Origin: Myxococcota bacterium
GTDB lineage: Bacteria > Myxococcota_A > UBA9160 > UBA4427
Direction: 5' to 3'
Assembly: GCA_965250285.1 (NCBI GenBank)
Contig: OZ252299.1
Coordinates: 4,512,001 to 4,576,000, forward strand
Length of the DNA: 64,000 bases
Shown: positions 49,748 to 59,097 of the stretch, in pieces
Layout of the letters: each line of letters begins with the position of its first letter
Position numbering within the stretch: position 1 is the first letter of the stretch
The notes under the pieces: generated by a model
The model's input: the letters and a program-made list of their open reading frames with translations, nothing else
Database searches by the model: none
Told to the model about the DNA's origin: nothing
Translations under genes and position numbers: made by a program

Positions 49748-50985
49748 CGCGCCAGCTCCAGCATCGTATGGAGAAGGACGTTTGCGCCCCGGGCGATGTC
49801 CGCGGGCGAGGTCCACTCTGCGGGCGAGTGGCTGCGGCCCCCCCGGCTTGGGACGAAGATCATGCCGGCGGGTGCAACCCGCGCGATCATCTGCGTGTCG
49901 TGGGCCGCGCCCGAGGGCATGGGCAAGGGTGAGACGTCGAGTCGGTCGCAGGCGCTCTGCACCGCCGAGAGGACGCGTTCGTGACATGCGACAGGCTCGA
50001 TCTCGCTCACGAGCTCGAACTCGAAGCCGAGGTCACGGCGGCGTGCGATCGCCGAGAACGTGCGTCGGAATGCATCCGAAAGGGTGTCGAGCGTCTGCGG
50101 GTCGGTATCCCGCACCTCGAGCGCGAGCCGCGCCTCGCCCGGCACGACGTTCGCCGCGCCCGGAACGAGCTCGATGCGTCCGATCGTCGCGCGACTGCGC
50201 GGGCTGCCGTGCTCTTCGAGGATGCGATCGATCTGGCCTGCGAGCTCGGCGGCGCCCCGGAAGGCGTCCCGCCGCATGTCCATGGGTGTCGTGCCGGCGT
50301 GGTTCGCTTCGCCGATCAACCGCACGTCCCATCGGAAGAGGCCGGTGATCGCGTCGACCATCCCAATCGTCGCGCCGTCGCGTTCCAACACGGGACCCTG
50401 CTCGATGTGCAGCTCGACGAACGCGTGAATCGAGCCCGGCGGCCGCTCTGCGGTGAGGGCATCGCGCGCGTGGTAGCCGCATTCGCCCATCGCAGTCTCG
50501 AGGCTGACCCCGTCGAGATCGCGAGCGAGCGCGATCGACTCGGGCGTGAGCTGCCCGCTCATCGCCTGCGAGCCCAGCATGCCGCCAAAGCGCCCCTCTT
50601 CGTCGGAGAACGCGACGAGCTCGACCGGCCGCTCGAGCGGCACGCCGTTCTCGACCAGCACCCGGAGGACTTCGAGACCGGCCACGACGCCGTACGCGCC
50701 GTCGAGCTGGCCGGCGTCGGGAACCGTGTCGAGATGGGAGCCCGTCATGACGCAGGGCACGTCGTCGAGCTCGGTATCGGGCCAGCGTGCGCCGAGGTTC
50801 GCGGCCCCGTCGACGCGCGTCTTCAGGCCGCACTCATCGAAGCGATCGACGAGCCACCGACGTGCGGCCATGTCGGCGGGGGTGAAGGCGCGCCGATTCA
50901 GGCCGGGCGTGTCGCCCGCCCCGATGCGAGCCAGCGCGGCGAGGTCGGCTTCGAGGCGCGCGGCGTCGATGCAGAGCTCAGCCAT
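49744..50985 (-). CDS. Zn-dependent N-carbamoyl-amino acid / allantoate amidohydrolase (M20 family)
   Basis: GSHLDTVP, DEEGRF, ELHIEQG, HAGTTP and SGAAHD. Confidence 0.92.
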   Translation of the reverse strand: MAELCIDAARLEADLAALARIGAGDTPGLNRRAFTPADMAARRWLVDRFDECGLKTRVDGAANLGARWPDTELDDVPCVMTGSHLDTVPDAGQLDGAYGVVAGLEVLRVLVENGVPLERPVELVAFSDEEGRFGGMLGSQAMSGQLTPESIALARDLDGVSLETAMGECGYHARDALTAERPPGSIHAFVELHIEQGPVLERDGATIGMVDAITGLFRWDVRLIGEANHAGTTPMDMRRDAFRGAAELAGQIDRILEEHGSPRSRATIGRIELVPGAANVVPGEARLALEVRDTDPQTLDTLSDAFRRTFSAIARRRDLGFEFELVSEIEPVACHERVLSAVQSACDRLDVSPLPMPSGAAHDTQMIARVAPAGMIFVPSRGGRSHSPAEWTSPADIARGANVLLHTMLELAR

Positions 50986-51508
50986 GCGCGGATCCCGTGG
51001 AAGCCCCCACCGCGTCCTTTCCCTCCGAGGCGGCGCCTCGGACGACGACGACGATCGTCCCCGCGAACACGAAGAGCCCGACCGCAAAGAAGGCGAGCGC
51101 GCGCCCAAGGGGATGGTGTTCGACGTCGACCTGCACGGGCTCGCTCGGGATCGACCCGTCGCCCGTACGAAGCCGGTAGGTATAGGTGCCGTCGCTTCGG
51201 CCGGTGAGCGTTGTGGCCTGATCCTGGCCCCGGTACACGACCCGTGCATCGCCGAAATCCGCCGAGCTCGACTCCTCGAGCACGGCGGGACCGCCGAACT
51301 CCCAGGACAGCTGGTAGACGCCATCGCTCGACTGAGAGGTCGAAGCCGTCAGCCTCGGGGCTGCGCCTGCATCCGTCGCGGCGATGAGCGGTGCCACGAG
51401 AAGGAAGGCCGACGCGATCAGGAGAGAGGAGGCGGCTCGCTCGAGCCTTCCGGTCGCGGGGGCTGGCACGACGAGCGAAGCGGCTGTGCTCCTCTGGCCC
51501 AATCTCAC
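50978..51508 (-). CDS. Membrane-anchored FN3-like protein
   Basis: Signal peptide, YQLSW...YRG...DGTYTYRLR and a C-terminal TM; overlaps the next gene start. Confidence 0.65.
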   Translation of the reverse strand: MRLGQRSTAASLVVPAPATGRLERAASSLLIASAFLLVAPLIAATDAGAAPRLTASTSQSSDGVYQLSWEFGGPAVLEESSSADFGDARVVYRGQDQATTLTGRSDGTYTYRLRTGDGSIPSEPVQVDVEHHPLGRALAFFAVGLFVFAGTIVVVVRGAASEGKDAVGASTGSAHG

Positions 51509-51966
51509 ACCCTTCGCTGCCGCGGCCCACCTGCGGCCGCGCGAAAGCCGAGCAGGCTAGCAGCCCGATCCGGCGAGTGCCGTTCTTCCCGATCGCGGCC
51601 CGTCGGCGGCTTGGCTCGCCGCGCCTCGATGCAGACCGATCGAGAAAGGGGCGTGCTGATTCCGGCCGATCCGGGCAACTCGGTTCGAGACTCCGTGCGT
51701 CCTCGACGCATGTTCAGGGCCGACACGGAGCGACGGGCGGCGGTTTCGGGCTCGGGAGATCTGGTGTCTCCCACGAATTCCGCGATACGCCCGGAGGATA
51801 CAGGGAAGAGGGTCCGACGCGAAATCGCGATCCGGCCGCTCACCGCGCGAAGAGCTGCTCAGACCTGCCTCGTGCGCGAGTTTCCTACACGGTCGAACAC
51901 GGAGCGTTCCGACGGCCAGGTCGGAAGACGCAGCGATCTTCGCCCATGGTGCGCTCGAACGCGCCG

Positions 51967-54000
51967 TCAGCAGATCGACTTCCGGCGTTGGACCGCCCAC
52001 GAGCCGACAGCAAGAAAGCCGCTCACCAAGCAAACGAATCCCGATGCGCCCAGCGCGGGGACCGGCTCTGCGGGTGAGAGGGCCTCGCAGGCGTTCTCGA
52101 GGTGCGTCGCGGCGTCATTCAGCGTCGACACATCGAGCGCGAGCGAGGCGCTCTGGATCTCCGCGGAGATCGCCGTCCAGGCCGCACTCGAGATCTCGCC
52201 CTGGGCCACGGCCTCTTGACCGGCCTGCTCGGCCTGCGAGATCAGCTCGCCGATCTGCGTCACGTCCGCTGCGGCTGAGTCGGGGCACGTTGCGCGGAAG
52301 GCAAAGGCATTCGTCGCGCGATCCGAGGCGGCACAGACCGCGTCACGCGACAGCAGATCGTGTCGGCGCACGGCGTACTTCGTGATCCCGCCGGATAGCG
52401 GACCGGGCGTCAGGCCCAATGCGATGGAGAATGGACGCCGCGCCGGCGAGTTGCCGATATAGAGCGACCCATCCGCACCCGACGTCAAGACTGCGATGCT
52501 CTCTTCGGTGCCGACCGTGAAGGAGCGGACGGCCCCGGTCTCGCGGTCGAGGGTTCCGTAGCCGACCGCCACCGCAAAGGGAATGCCGCTCAGAACAGGG
52601 CCGATCGCGGCCTGGAAGCCCAGCGCGTTTGCACCGATGGAAGGCAGGCTCAGCTTGAACTCGGTGTAGTCGGCTGGGAAGCCCTCGAACAACCCGGCGG
52701 TGCCTGCCTGCCAGCCCTGGACCCCGGTGGCGCCCTCGTCGAACACCTGGGTGATGAAGTCGCGCGAGGGAGCGAAGAGGGCATCGTCGTCGGACGATAC
52801 GCCCACCGATCCCACGATCTGCTGGCCCACGTCCAGCTCCCAGATCGTCGAACAATCCTGAGCCGAGATCGCCAGCAGCTTGCCGGCGTCGTCGCCCACG
52901 TAGATTCGACTCCCGTCGGCCCGCAGCGCGGGCGTCGAGGCCGAGCCTCCCTGGAACGAAGCGTGGCATGCCTCTGTCACCTGGAAGCTGCCGCCGTCCG
53001 GGACGATGTCGAGCCCGTACAGGGCGCCGAGCTCCGAGACTCCGTCGACGGTGCCATCCTCTGCGTCGGGCGCCGTCGCTGCGATCCAGAGGCGACCGGT
53101 GAAGGGGTCGATCGAGAACATGTTGGTCACTTCCCTGCCCGCGCCCTGTGCGCCACTGACGAAGGGGGCGAAGGACCCATCAGGGGCGTTCACGAGCGTC
53201 TGCCACTCGTCTTCCGCGGCGGCCACGAGCGTCGGCGGCAGGCTGCCCCCCGCAGCGGGCGACGCCTCACCGGGAAGCTGGAACGGAGCGGTGAGCAGCT
53301 GGGCTCCGGTCGACCGATCGAGGGCGTAGACGAACCCGTCGACGGTGAGCGCAACGATCGCGTCCAGACCCGGGAGGTAGTTGACCCCGAGGACGCCGGC
53401 CGAGGTCGGTGGGGACCCGAGCGAGAGACCAGTGGGGACGTCCCAGATGATCGTCCCATCCGGGCTCACCGAGAGCGCCCGGTCGTAGAGCGCCAGGTAG
53501 ACACGTTGCTCGCCGGGAGCGCTCGGCTCGTCCAGCACCATCGGTGCCGAGGTACCGGGGACGGCGCCGGTCCCGGTGATGGCCCAGCGTCTCGAGCCGT
53601 CGCTGGGATCGATCGAGATCAGGACGACGTTCTCGTAGGGGCGGTAGGGAGAGATGTAGAGATTCCCCGCGTCGTCGATGGCGGGGCCCGTCAGGTTGTA
53701 GGTGGCGGGCTCTGCGACCCACTCGGCCTCGATCACGGGGGCGATCGCTCGCGAGATCTCATCCGTGTTGATCGCGTCCCCATGGATGTTTCGCCAGGAC
53801 TCTCTAGAGGGAACGACCGGATCGTCGTACGGCACCTGGCGGCAGCCGTCTGGGACCCAACTCGTTCGACCGGGAGGATCGAACGACACGACTCCTTGGG
53901 CAGACGCATCCAGTGATGCAGTTGTGGCGCACATGACCGCGCCAAAGAGAATGATCAGCTGAATCAACGTCGTACGCACGGCTGCCTTGCTCGCCTCCAC
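51967..54000 (-). CDS. Secreted PQQ-like beta-propeller protein with IPTL-CTERM-like tail
   Basis: Signal peptide, propeller repeats (DPSDGSRRW, ALDRSTG) and tail PVPALGASG + TM + RRK. Confidence 0.8.
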   Translation of the reverse strand: MEASKAAVRTTLIQLIILFGAVMCATTASLDASAQGVVSFDPPGRTSWVPDGCRQVPYDDPVVPSRESWRNIHGDAINTDEISRAIAPVIEAEWVAEPATYNLTGPAIDDAGNLYISPYRPYENVVLISIDPSDGSRRWAITGTGAVPGTSAPMVLDEPSAPGEQRVYLALYDRALSVSPDGTIIWDVPTGLSLGSPPTSAGVLGVNYLPGLDAIVALTVDGFVYALDRSTGAQLLTAPFQLPGEASPAAGGSLPPTLVAAAEDEWQTLVNAPDGSFAPFVSGAQGAGREVTNMFSIDPFTGRLWIAATAPDAEDGTVDGVSELGALYGLDIVPDGGSFQVTEACHASFQGGSASTPALRADGSRIYVGDDAGKLLAISAQDCSTIWELDVGQQIVGSVGVSSDDDALFAPSRDFITQVFDEGATGVQGWQAGTAGLFEGFPADYTEFKLSLPSIGANALGFQAAIGPVLSGIPFAVAVGYGTLDRETGAVRSFTVGTEESIAVLTSGADGSLYIGNSPARRPFSIALGLTPGPLSGGITKYAVRRHDLLSRDAVCAASDRATNAFAFRATCPDSAAADVTQIGELISQAEQAGQEAVAQGEISSAAWTAISAEIQSASLALDVSTLNDAATHLENACEALSPAEPVPALGASGFVCLVSGFLAVGSWAVQRRKSIC

Positions 54001-54017
54001 GGTTGCTGTGTTCTCTT

Positions 54018-54683
54018 CTAGGACGATCTGCTGGGCGGCTCGATGGAGAGGCTGGTCTTCGGACGTCCGTCCTGGCGACGAGCGTCCGAGAGAGCCGAAG
54101 CCATCAGGGCCCGCACGGCTTCGCGCAACACCCGAGCCGCCGCTTCTTCCGACAGCCTCGAGTGGCGCCGCAGCTCCTCCCAGTAGCTGAACGAGAGCAA
54201 CGCGCGGAGCGCGACGATCAGATCGCTGCGCTGGGGCTCCGACAGCGAATCCAACTCAGGAGCAAGCACGGCCCGTAGCTGCCGACGGGCGGCTGCGCGG
54301 CCGAACGCGTACCGGTCTCGGATGACCTTGGAGAACGGCTCGTAGAGCAGCGCCGCCCGGCGAACCGGAGCAATGAGCTCGTTGCGGCGGACCCAATGCC
54401 GAACGAGAGAATCCATTCGCTCTTCGAGCGAGCCCTCGGTCACGACCGGTTCGAGCTGCCCCTTGACCCGTTCGAACTGCAGCTGGGCGGCCGCCTCGAA
54501 AAGCGCCTCCATGTTCTCGAAGTGCCGGAAGACCGCGCGGGACGACACCCCTGCGCGCTCCGCCACCTGATCCGACGAAGGACGCGCCAGACCGGCTTCG
54601 AGGCAGTCGAGCATGGCCGCGGCAACCGCGGCGCGGGTCCGATGGGAGCGGGCCTTTCGACCGTCCTGTTCTTCTTCGACCAT
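54018..54683 (-). CDS. TetR family transcriptional regulator
   Basis: DGRKARSHRTR...PSSDQVAERAGVSSRAVFRHF. Confidence 0.9.
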   Translation of the reverse strand: MVEEEQDGRKARSHRTRAAVAAAMLDCLEAGLARPSSDQVAERAGVSSRAVFRHFENMEALFEAAAQLQFERVKGQLEPVVTEGSLEERMDSLVRHWVRRNELIAPVRRAALLYEPFSKVIRDRYAFGRAAARRQLRAVLAPELDSLSEPQRSDLIVALRALLSFSYWEELRRHSRLSEEAAARVLREAVRALMASALSDARRQDGRPKTSLSIEPPSRSS

Positions 54684-54693
54684 CTCTTGTTCC

Positions 54694-54750
54694 TATTTTG
54701 TCGGCCACTCTGACGATATCATATCTATTGTCTGAGTTACCGACAAAATA
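54694..54750. promoter_or_regulatory. Long AT-rich imperfect inverted repeat (probable TetR operator region)
   Basis: TATTTTGTCGG..ACTC.GAC.ATA...TAT.GTC.GAGT..CCGACAAAATA directly upstream of tetR. Confidence 0.6.
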
Positions 54751-55272
54751 TACGCTCGGAGCGACGGGAGCCTGCGCGAGTCGGCTTGCCCGATGCGGCG
54801 TGAGGGCGTCGGAGCCCCTCCCGTGGGGCTCAACCGCCCACGCCGCGTCTCGATGGGATCTCGCCGAGGCTGTGCGACATCACCGTCGAAGGACGCTCAC
54901 CCGTCGGGCCGCATCACGAGATCTCCCGGCCGGAATGGGTCGAGCCGGCGGGGCGGGGGCCGCCTCAGTGGCGGGTCGGCTCCGCCAGTAGCGACATCGC
55001 TGCGGTGGGAGTGTCTTCTGCGCCCGCTTGCGAGCGCGTGCGCTCGAGCAAGCAATGGCGGAGCGGGCGGCCGATGGAAAACCGGCGCGACGGGATTCCA
55101 ACCGCCCGAGTTCGCAACAGAGATGGTGCGACCGCACCGGCTCGATTCCAGAGAGAGCCGCGAGTCTCCGGTCGGAGTCGCGAACCGGTACCGGGCAAGA
55201 CCCCGCGAACGCGCGCGCTCTCTCACGCCGCGTCTCGGATTCACTGGAATGTCTCGGAACGACCAGACCGAC

Positions 55273-55360
55273 TGGCGGAGAGAGTGGGATTCGAACCCAC
55301 GGTAGGTTTCCCTACACACGCTTTCCAAGCGTGCGCCTTAAGCCACTCGGCCATCTCTCC
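55273..55360 (-). tRNA. tRNA-Ser(GGA)
   Basis: GGAGAGATGGCCGAGTGG...CACGC TTGGAAA GCGTG, long variable arm, GGTTCGAATCC and encoded CCA. Confidence 0.97.
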
Positions 55361-55455
55361 GTGGAGTCAGTCTGCCGTCGGGGGCGAGCCCCTCCCGCGC
55401 GCCGGGGTCGGTTCGATCGATCAACCAGAGCCAACGCCGATCCAACGCCGAGAGG

Positions 55456-55580
55456 GAGCCTTCAGCCAAGCGACACGGCTTGGCCGTGTCGCAGATACAG
55501 AGCCTTCAGCCAAGCAACACGGCTTGGCCGTGTTGCAGATACAGAGCCTTCAGCCAAGCGACACGGCCGCGCCATGTCGC
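55456..55580. repeat. 44-bp hairpin tandem repeat (about 2.8 units) between the tRNA genes
   Basis: GAGCCTTCAGCCAAGCGACACGGCTTGGCCGTGTCGCAGATACA at 55456, 55500 and 55544. Confidence 0.9.
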
Positions 55581-55583
55581 GAT

Positions 55584-55674
<91 letters not shown>

Positions 55675-55793
55675 GGGGGGCGAGACCATACCACGACTGC
55701 CCGGCGAGGGGCGTTCGACGGGCGCTTTTCCTCGTCGAATCAGGGGCTTGGCGCTTTGTCTGGATCGGGCGGCGGGGCCGTGCCGGGGCGGGT

Positions 55794-56963
55794 TCAGTCG
55801 CTCGGCGTGCGGTCGACGATCTCGGTGACGACGACCTTCGAGCGGCCGCTCGCCGCATCGACGGGCCCCGAGATCGGGCTGCCTTCGACGATGGCGTCGA
55901 GGCGATCCTGCATCTGCTCGGGTACGTCGATGAACTCGAGGCCGAGACCCGTGGTCGCGTCGGCGTGCACGACCACGCCGCGCAGCACGAGCGGCGGCGA
56001 GCCCTTGCCGCCGTAGAGCGCGAGCTTGAGCTCGTCGCCTTCGCCGATCTCGGGGTCGGCGGCGAGGCGCATGCCGCCGGCCGAGATGTCGCGGCTCACG
56101 ACGGCCTGGGCCTGACCGCGCAGCGTGGCGAGCATGCGCTTGTGGAACGTCTTGCGCGCCGCGCGCCGTTGGTTGGCGCTTTTGGGTTCTTCGGCCGCCG
56201 GCGCAGCGTCGTTCGACGGCGTCTCGGCGGGCTTCGGCGAACGGGCGTGTTCGGTCGGGCCACCGACGCGACGCGCACCCGGATGCAGCAAGCTGCCGTG
56301 CGCAGCCTGCCCCTTCATGATCTCACGCAGCCGCTTGCGCGCAGCCATACTGGCGTCGCAGAACTCGAGCGCGACAACCGTGCCGTCGCCGGCGCGCGCA
56401 TGCTGCGAGAGCACCCGCGCGCGCAGGTCGAGCTTGCGACCGCCGGTCCAGCTCGTCGGCAAACGCAGCGTGACCTCGTCGGCTTTGATGCCCTCGTCGA
56501 CGTGCAGACCGCACCCTCGCTCCGACAGCTGAAGCAGCGTGGCACGCCGCGTGAAGAAGCCGGCCTTCAGCTTGACTTCGCCGCCGATCATCGCGCGCAT
56601 GCCCTTGCGGCGTTCGGGCCCGCGATAGAGCGCGTGCTCGATCAGCGCGCGCAGGCTCGACGGATCGATCGGCAGCTCGACGACGAAGTCGCATGGGTGT
56701 CGCTCGAGCTCTTTGCGGAGCATGCGCGAGAGCGTCCTGCCCATCACGACGTGCGTGGCGGCGCCGACGCGTGTGCGCAGGCTGGTATCGGAGAGAGCGG
56801 CCTGAGGTGTGGTGATCAGCAGATCGGCCTGGCCGTCGCCTTCGGGCAGGCCGTCGCACCAGCCGATGCCCAGATCGTTCAGCAGGGTCTGCGTCGACGC
56901 GAGCTCACCCGACGCGTCGATCAGGCACACGCGGGGTTCGACCAGGGGCGGGGCTTCGGCCAT
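55794..56963 (-). CDS. Tandem PilZ domain protein
   Basis: ERRKGMR...QLSERG and QRRAARK...RDISAGG...GLEF. Confidence 0.82.
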   Translation of the reverse strand: MAEAPPLVEPRVCLIDASGELASTQTLLNDLGIGWCDGLPEGDGQADLLITTPQAALSDTSLRTRVGAATHVVMGRTLSRMLRKELERHPCDFVVELPIDPSSLRALIEHALYRGPERRKGMRAMIGGEVKLKAGFFTRRATLLQLSERGCGLHVDEGIKADEVTLRLPTSWTGGRKLDLRARVLSQHARAGDGTVVALEFCDASMAARKRLREIMKGQAAHGSLLHPGARRVGGPTEHARSPKPAETPSNDAAPAAEEPKSANQRRAARKTFHKRMLATLRGQAQAVVSRDISAGGMRLAADPEIGEGDELKLALYGGKGSPPLVLRGVVVHADATTGLGLEFIDVPEQMQDRLDAIVEGSPISGPVDAASGRSKVVVTEIVDRTPSD

Positions 56964-57277
56964 CTCGACTCTCCAACCAGCAACGGCAGCGCGGATGAGC
57001 CCCGGATCGAAGCCCGCTCGGGGGATCGGCGCGCGCCGCCTCGGCCTGTAGAGTCAAAATCAAGATTCCTCCCCCTCATTTGGGAGGGCAGAGTGAACCC
57101 GCAGCAGAAGATGCGCAGGTGCGAGGGAAATCGCCGAGGCCTCGGCGCGCCGAATCAGGGAAAACCCCGAACCAGGCCCCACGAACACGCCTGCGTTCCG
57201 AACCCCGCTCGTTCCATACCTGCGCATGGTGGCAGCGCGGCAGTCACCATCCGTCCAGTGCCGCGCGCAGACGCGGT

Positions 57278-57751
57278 TCAGGCGACGCCGGGCTCGCCTT
57301 CATCGCTCGGGATCGTGCGGGCGACCATGGCGTTGCCCTCGCCCCGAAACACCTCGACGCCGTCTTGGTTGCGCAGGATGAAGCGCGTCGTCACGATGCC
57401 GCGATCGGGCTTGCTGCGGCTCACCCGCTTGCTCACGGCCTCGGACTCGAGCGTGAGGACGTCACCGGGATACACCGGGCTCGTCATCATGCACTCGCGA
57501 AAGCCAAGCCCGGCCACGACGTCGAGTCGATCGGGCTGGTCGATGGTGAGCTTCGACATGATCGCGAAGACGTGCGAAAAGCACGCCGAGATGCGCCCGA
57601 AGAACGTCTCGGCCGCCGCCGCGTCGTCGAGGTGCCAGGGCTGCGGATCCCACTGGCGCGCGTACGCGATCACTTCGTCGCGCGGTACGACATAGCCGGC
57701 GCTGCGCGTCGGCACGCCGAGCTTCACGTCTTCATATCGGATGAGGGACAG
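57278..57751 (-). CDS. MaoC-like (hotdog fold) dehydratase
   Basis: YARQWDPQPWHLD..AA, PVYPGDVL, SRSKPDRGIV and NQDG; probable CTG start at 57751 (otherwise GTG 57727). Confidence 0.88.
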   Translation of the reverse strand: MSLIRYEDVKLGVPTRSAGYVVPRDEVIAYARQWDPQPWHLDDAAAAETFFGRISACFSHVFAIMSKLTIDQPDRLDVVAGLGFRECMMTSPVYPGDVLTLESEAVSKRVSRSKPDRGIVTTRFILRNQDGVEVFRGEGNAMVARTIPSDEGEPGVA

Positions 57752-57795
57752 AGCGAGACTCCGGAGGGCGCCAGCGGGATCGGGTGATGCGTGGC

Positions 57796-58587
57796 TCAGT
57801 TGGAGGGAAGCACGAAACGCAGACTGCCAACGATCTCGTTGGTGCCGGTATCGAACTCGAACTTGCCCTCACGGGTACCGCCGCTGAACACGATGACGTC
57901 GGTCTTGCCGAGGTCGGCATACTGGTACCGCGTGTCGATGACCAGCCAGTCGGTCAGGTGGTAGGCGAGGCCGGCCCCGACCTGCCAGGCGAAGGTCGTG
58001 TTGTCTCGGCTGCCCGACGCGCCCGGGCCACTCGTCGACAGCTTCGCGCGCGAGAACCCCACGCCGCCACCTGCGAAGGGCGCGAGGTTCTTCAAGATCG
58101 GCGTATCGGGCATCAGTCGATCGAGGCCGTACTCGAACCAGAAGTTGCCCTGGATCTGCCAGCTATCGGCCGTGGTGACCCATTCCCCAGACGTGGTGCT
58201 GAACCGGTACGTGTAGCTACGCCCCCCGACGCCCTCGAGCTCGAGGCGCAGATCGCTCCAACCGAGGTCGAGGATCGTGCCGAGCGCCGCACCACCGAAC
58301 GGGTTCTGGTCGTTGATCGTGGTGCTCGGCGCAGCACCGTCGGTGTTCGTCGAGCCCGTGAGGTCGGCGCCGACCCACGTACCACCGACCATCGCGTTGA
58401 GGTAGTAGCGGCGGGGCTTGCGCTTCTTGCCACCCTCGCCAGCGCCGTCGTCGCCGAGCGCGACGCCGCCCGAGAGCACCAGGCTCAGCGACACGAGAAC
58501 GGTGAGCGTGAGGCGGCGCGCGCGGTGGTAGCGCGATCTCGTGCGCTCGGGCACTTCAGTCGAGGGGGCGGGTGTCGCGTCGTACAT
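57796..58587 (-). CDS. Outer membrane beta-barrel protein (porin/Opa-like)
   Basis: LRLELE, PFAGGGVG, FAWQVGAGLAY..DTRYQYADLG and C-terminal LRF. Confidence 0.82.
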   Translation of the reverse strand: MYDATPAPSTEVPERTRSRYHRARRLTLTVLVSLSLVLSGGVALGDDGAGEGGKKRKPRRYYLNAMVGGTWVGADLTGSTNTDGAAPSTTINDQNPFGGAALGTILDLGWSDLRLELEGVGGRSYTYRFSTTSGEWVTTADSWQIQGNFWFEYGLDRLMPDTPILKNLAPFAGGGVGFSRAKLSTSGPGASGSRDNTTFAWQVGAGLAYHLTDWLVIDTRYQYADLGKTDVIVFSGGTREGKFEFDTGTNEIVGSLRFVLPSN

Positions 58588-58693
58588 GGGCTGGTCCTTC
58601 GCGGTCTGGACGACCTCAGCGAGGCCGGTTCGGCGCGGAGGGTAGCCCATGCAGGAGCGCGGCCGATCAGACGCGGTCGCGTCGAGCGTCCGA

Positions 58694-59080
58694 TCAGCGA
58701 TGTCGCTCGAGCCACGCCTCTTCTTCGCCGGGCTCGGGCAGCAGCTCGCCGCCCTCCATGTTCCACTTGCTCGGCACGTCGACGGTCGTGACGCCGACGT
58801 CGGCTGCGTCACAGCCCAGCGTCTCTGCGATCGTGCGGCTCAGATCGGCGACGATCTCCTGCTTCTGCTCGTCGGTGCGACCCCAGCGGATCGAGCCGAG
58901 CATGAAGGCGGCCTTGCCAGCGGGCATCTCGCCCGCGGGTCGCTCCGAGAAGAACGCATGGACGAACGACGGCGGTGCGCCGGTCACGCCGCAGTGCACA
59001 CGCACGACTTCTTTCGCGATGTGCGCGCGCTGCTCTTCACTGCTCAGACCTTCGCGGATGCTGCATCGGTAGAGCGGCAT
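58694..59080 (-). CDS. Tautomerase superfamily protein, cis-CaaD-like
   Basis: Pro1 (MPLY), His28, IRWGR and MEGG. Confidence 0.82.
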   Translation of the reverse strand: MPLYRCSIREGLSSEEQRAHIAKEVVRVHCGVTGAPPSFVHAFFSERPAGEMPAGKAAFMLGSIRWGRTDEQKQEIVADLSRTIAETLGCDAADVGVTTVDVPSKWNMEGGELLPEPGEEEAWLERHR

Positions 59081-59097
59081 GGGGCTCTCCTCTCTTC

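Noticed and set aside
51510..51966. Guanidine or other riboswitch upstream of the amidohydrolase/SSS operon
   Set aside because: I could not identify ykkC, mini-ykkC or ykkC-III consensus features by eye; an Rfam scan would be needed.
42090..52450. Fragment/gene pair as the template and variable repeat of a diversity-generating retroelement
   Set aside because: Differences involve all bases and are largely synonymous rather than adenine-specific, and no reverse transcriptase is present.
28250..55270. Integrative element or prophage inserted at tRNA-Ser(GGA)
   Set aside because: No integrase, transposase, phage gene or clear att duplicate was found in the window.
55456..55580. 44-bp palindromic repeats as a CRISPR array
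   Set aside because: The units are directly tandem with no unique spacers, and there are no cas genes in the window.
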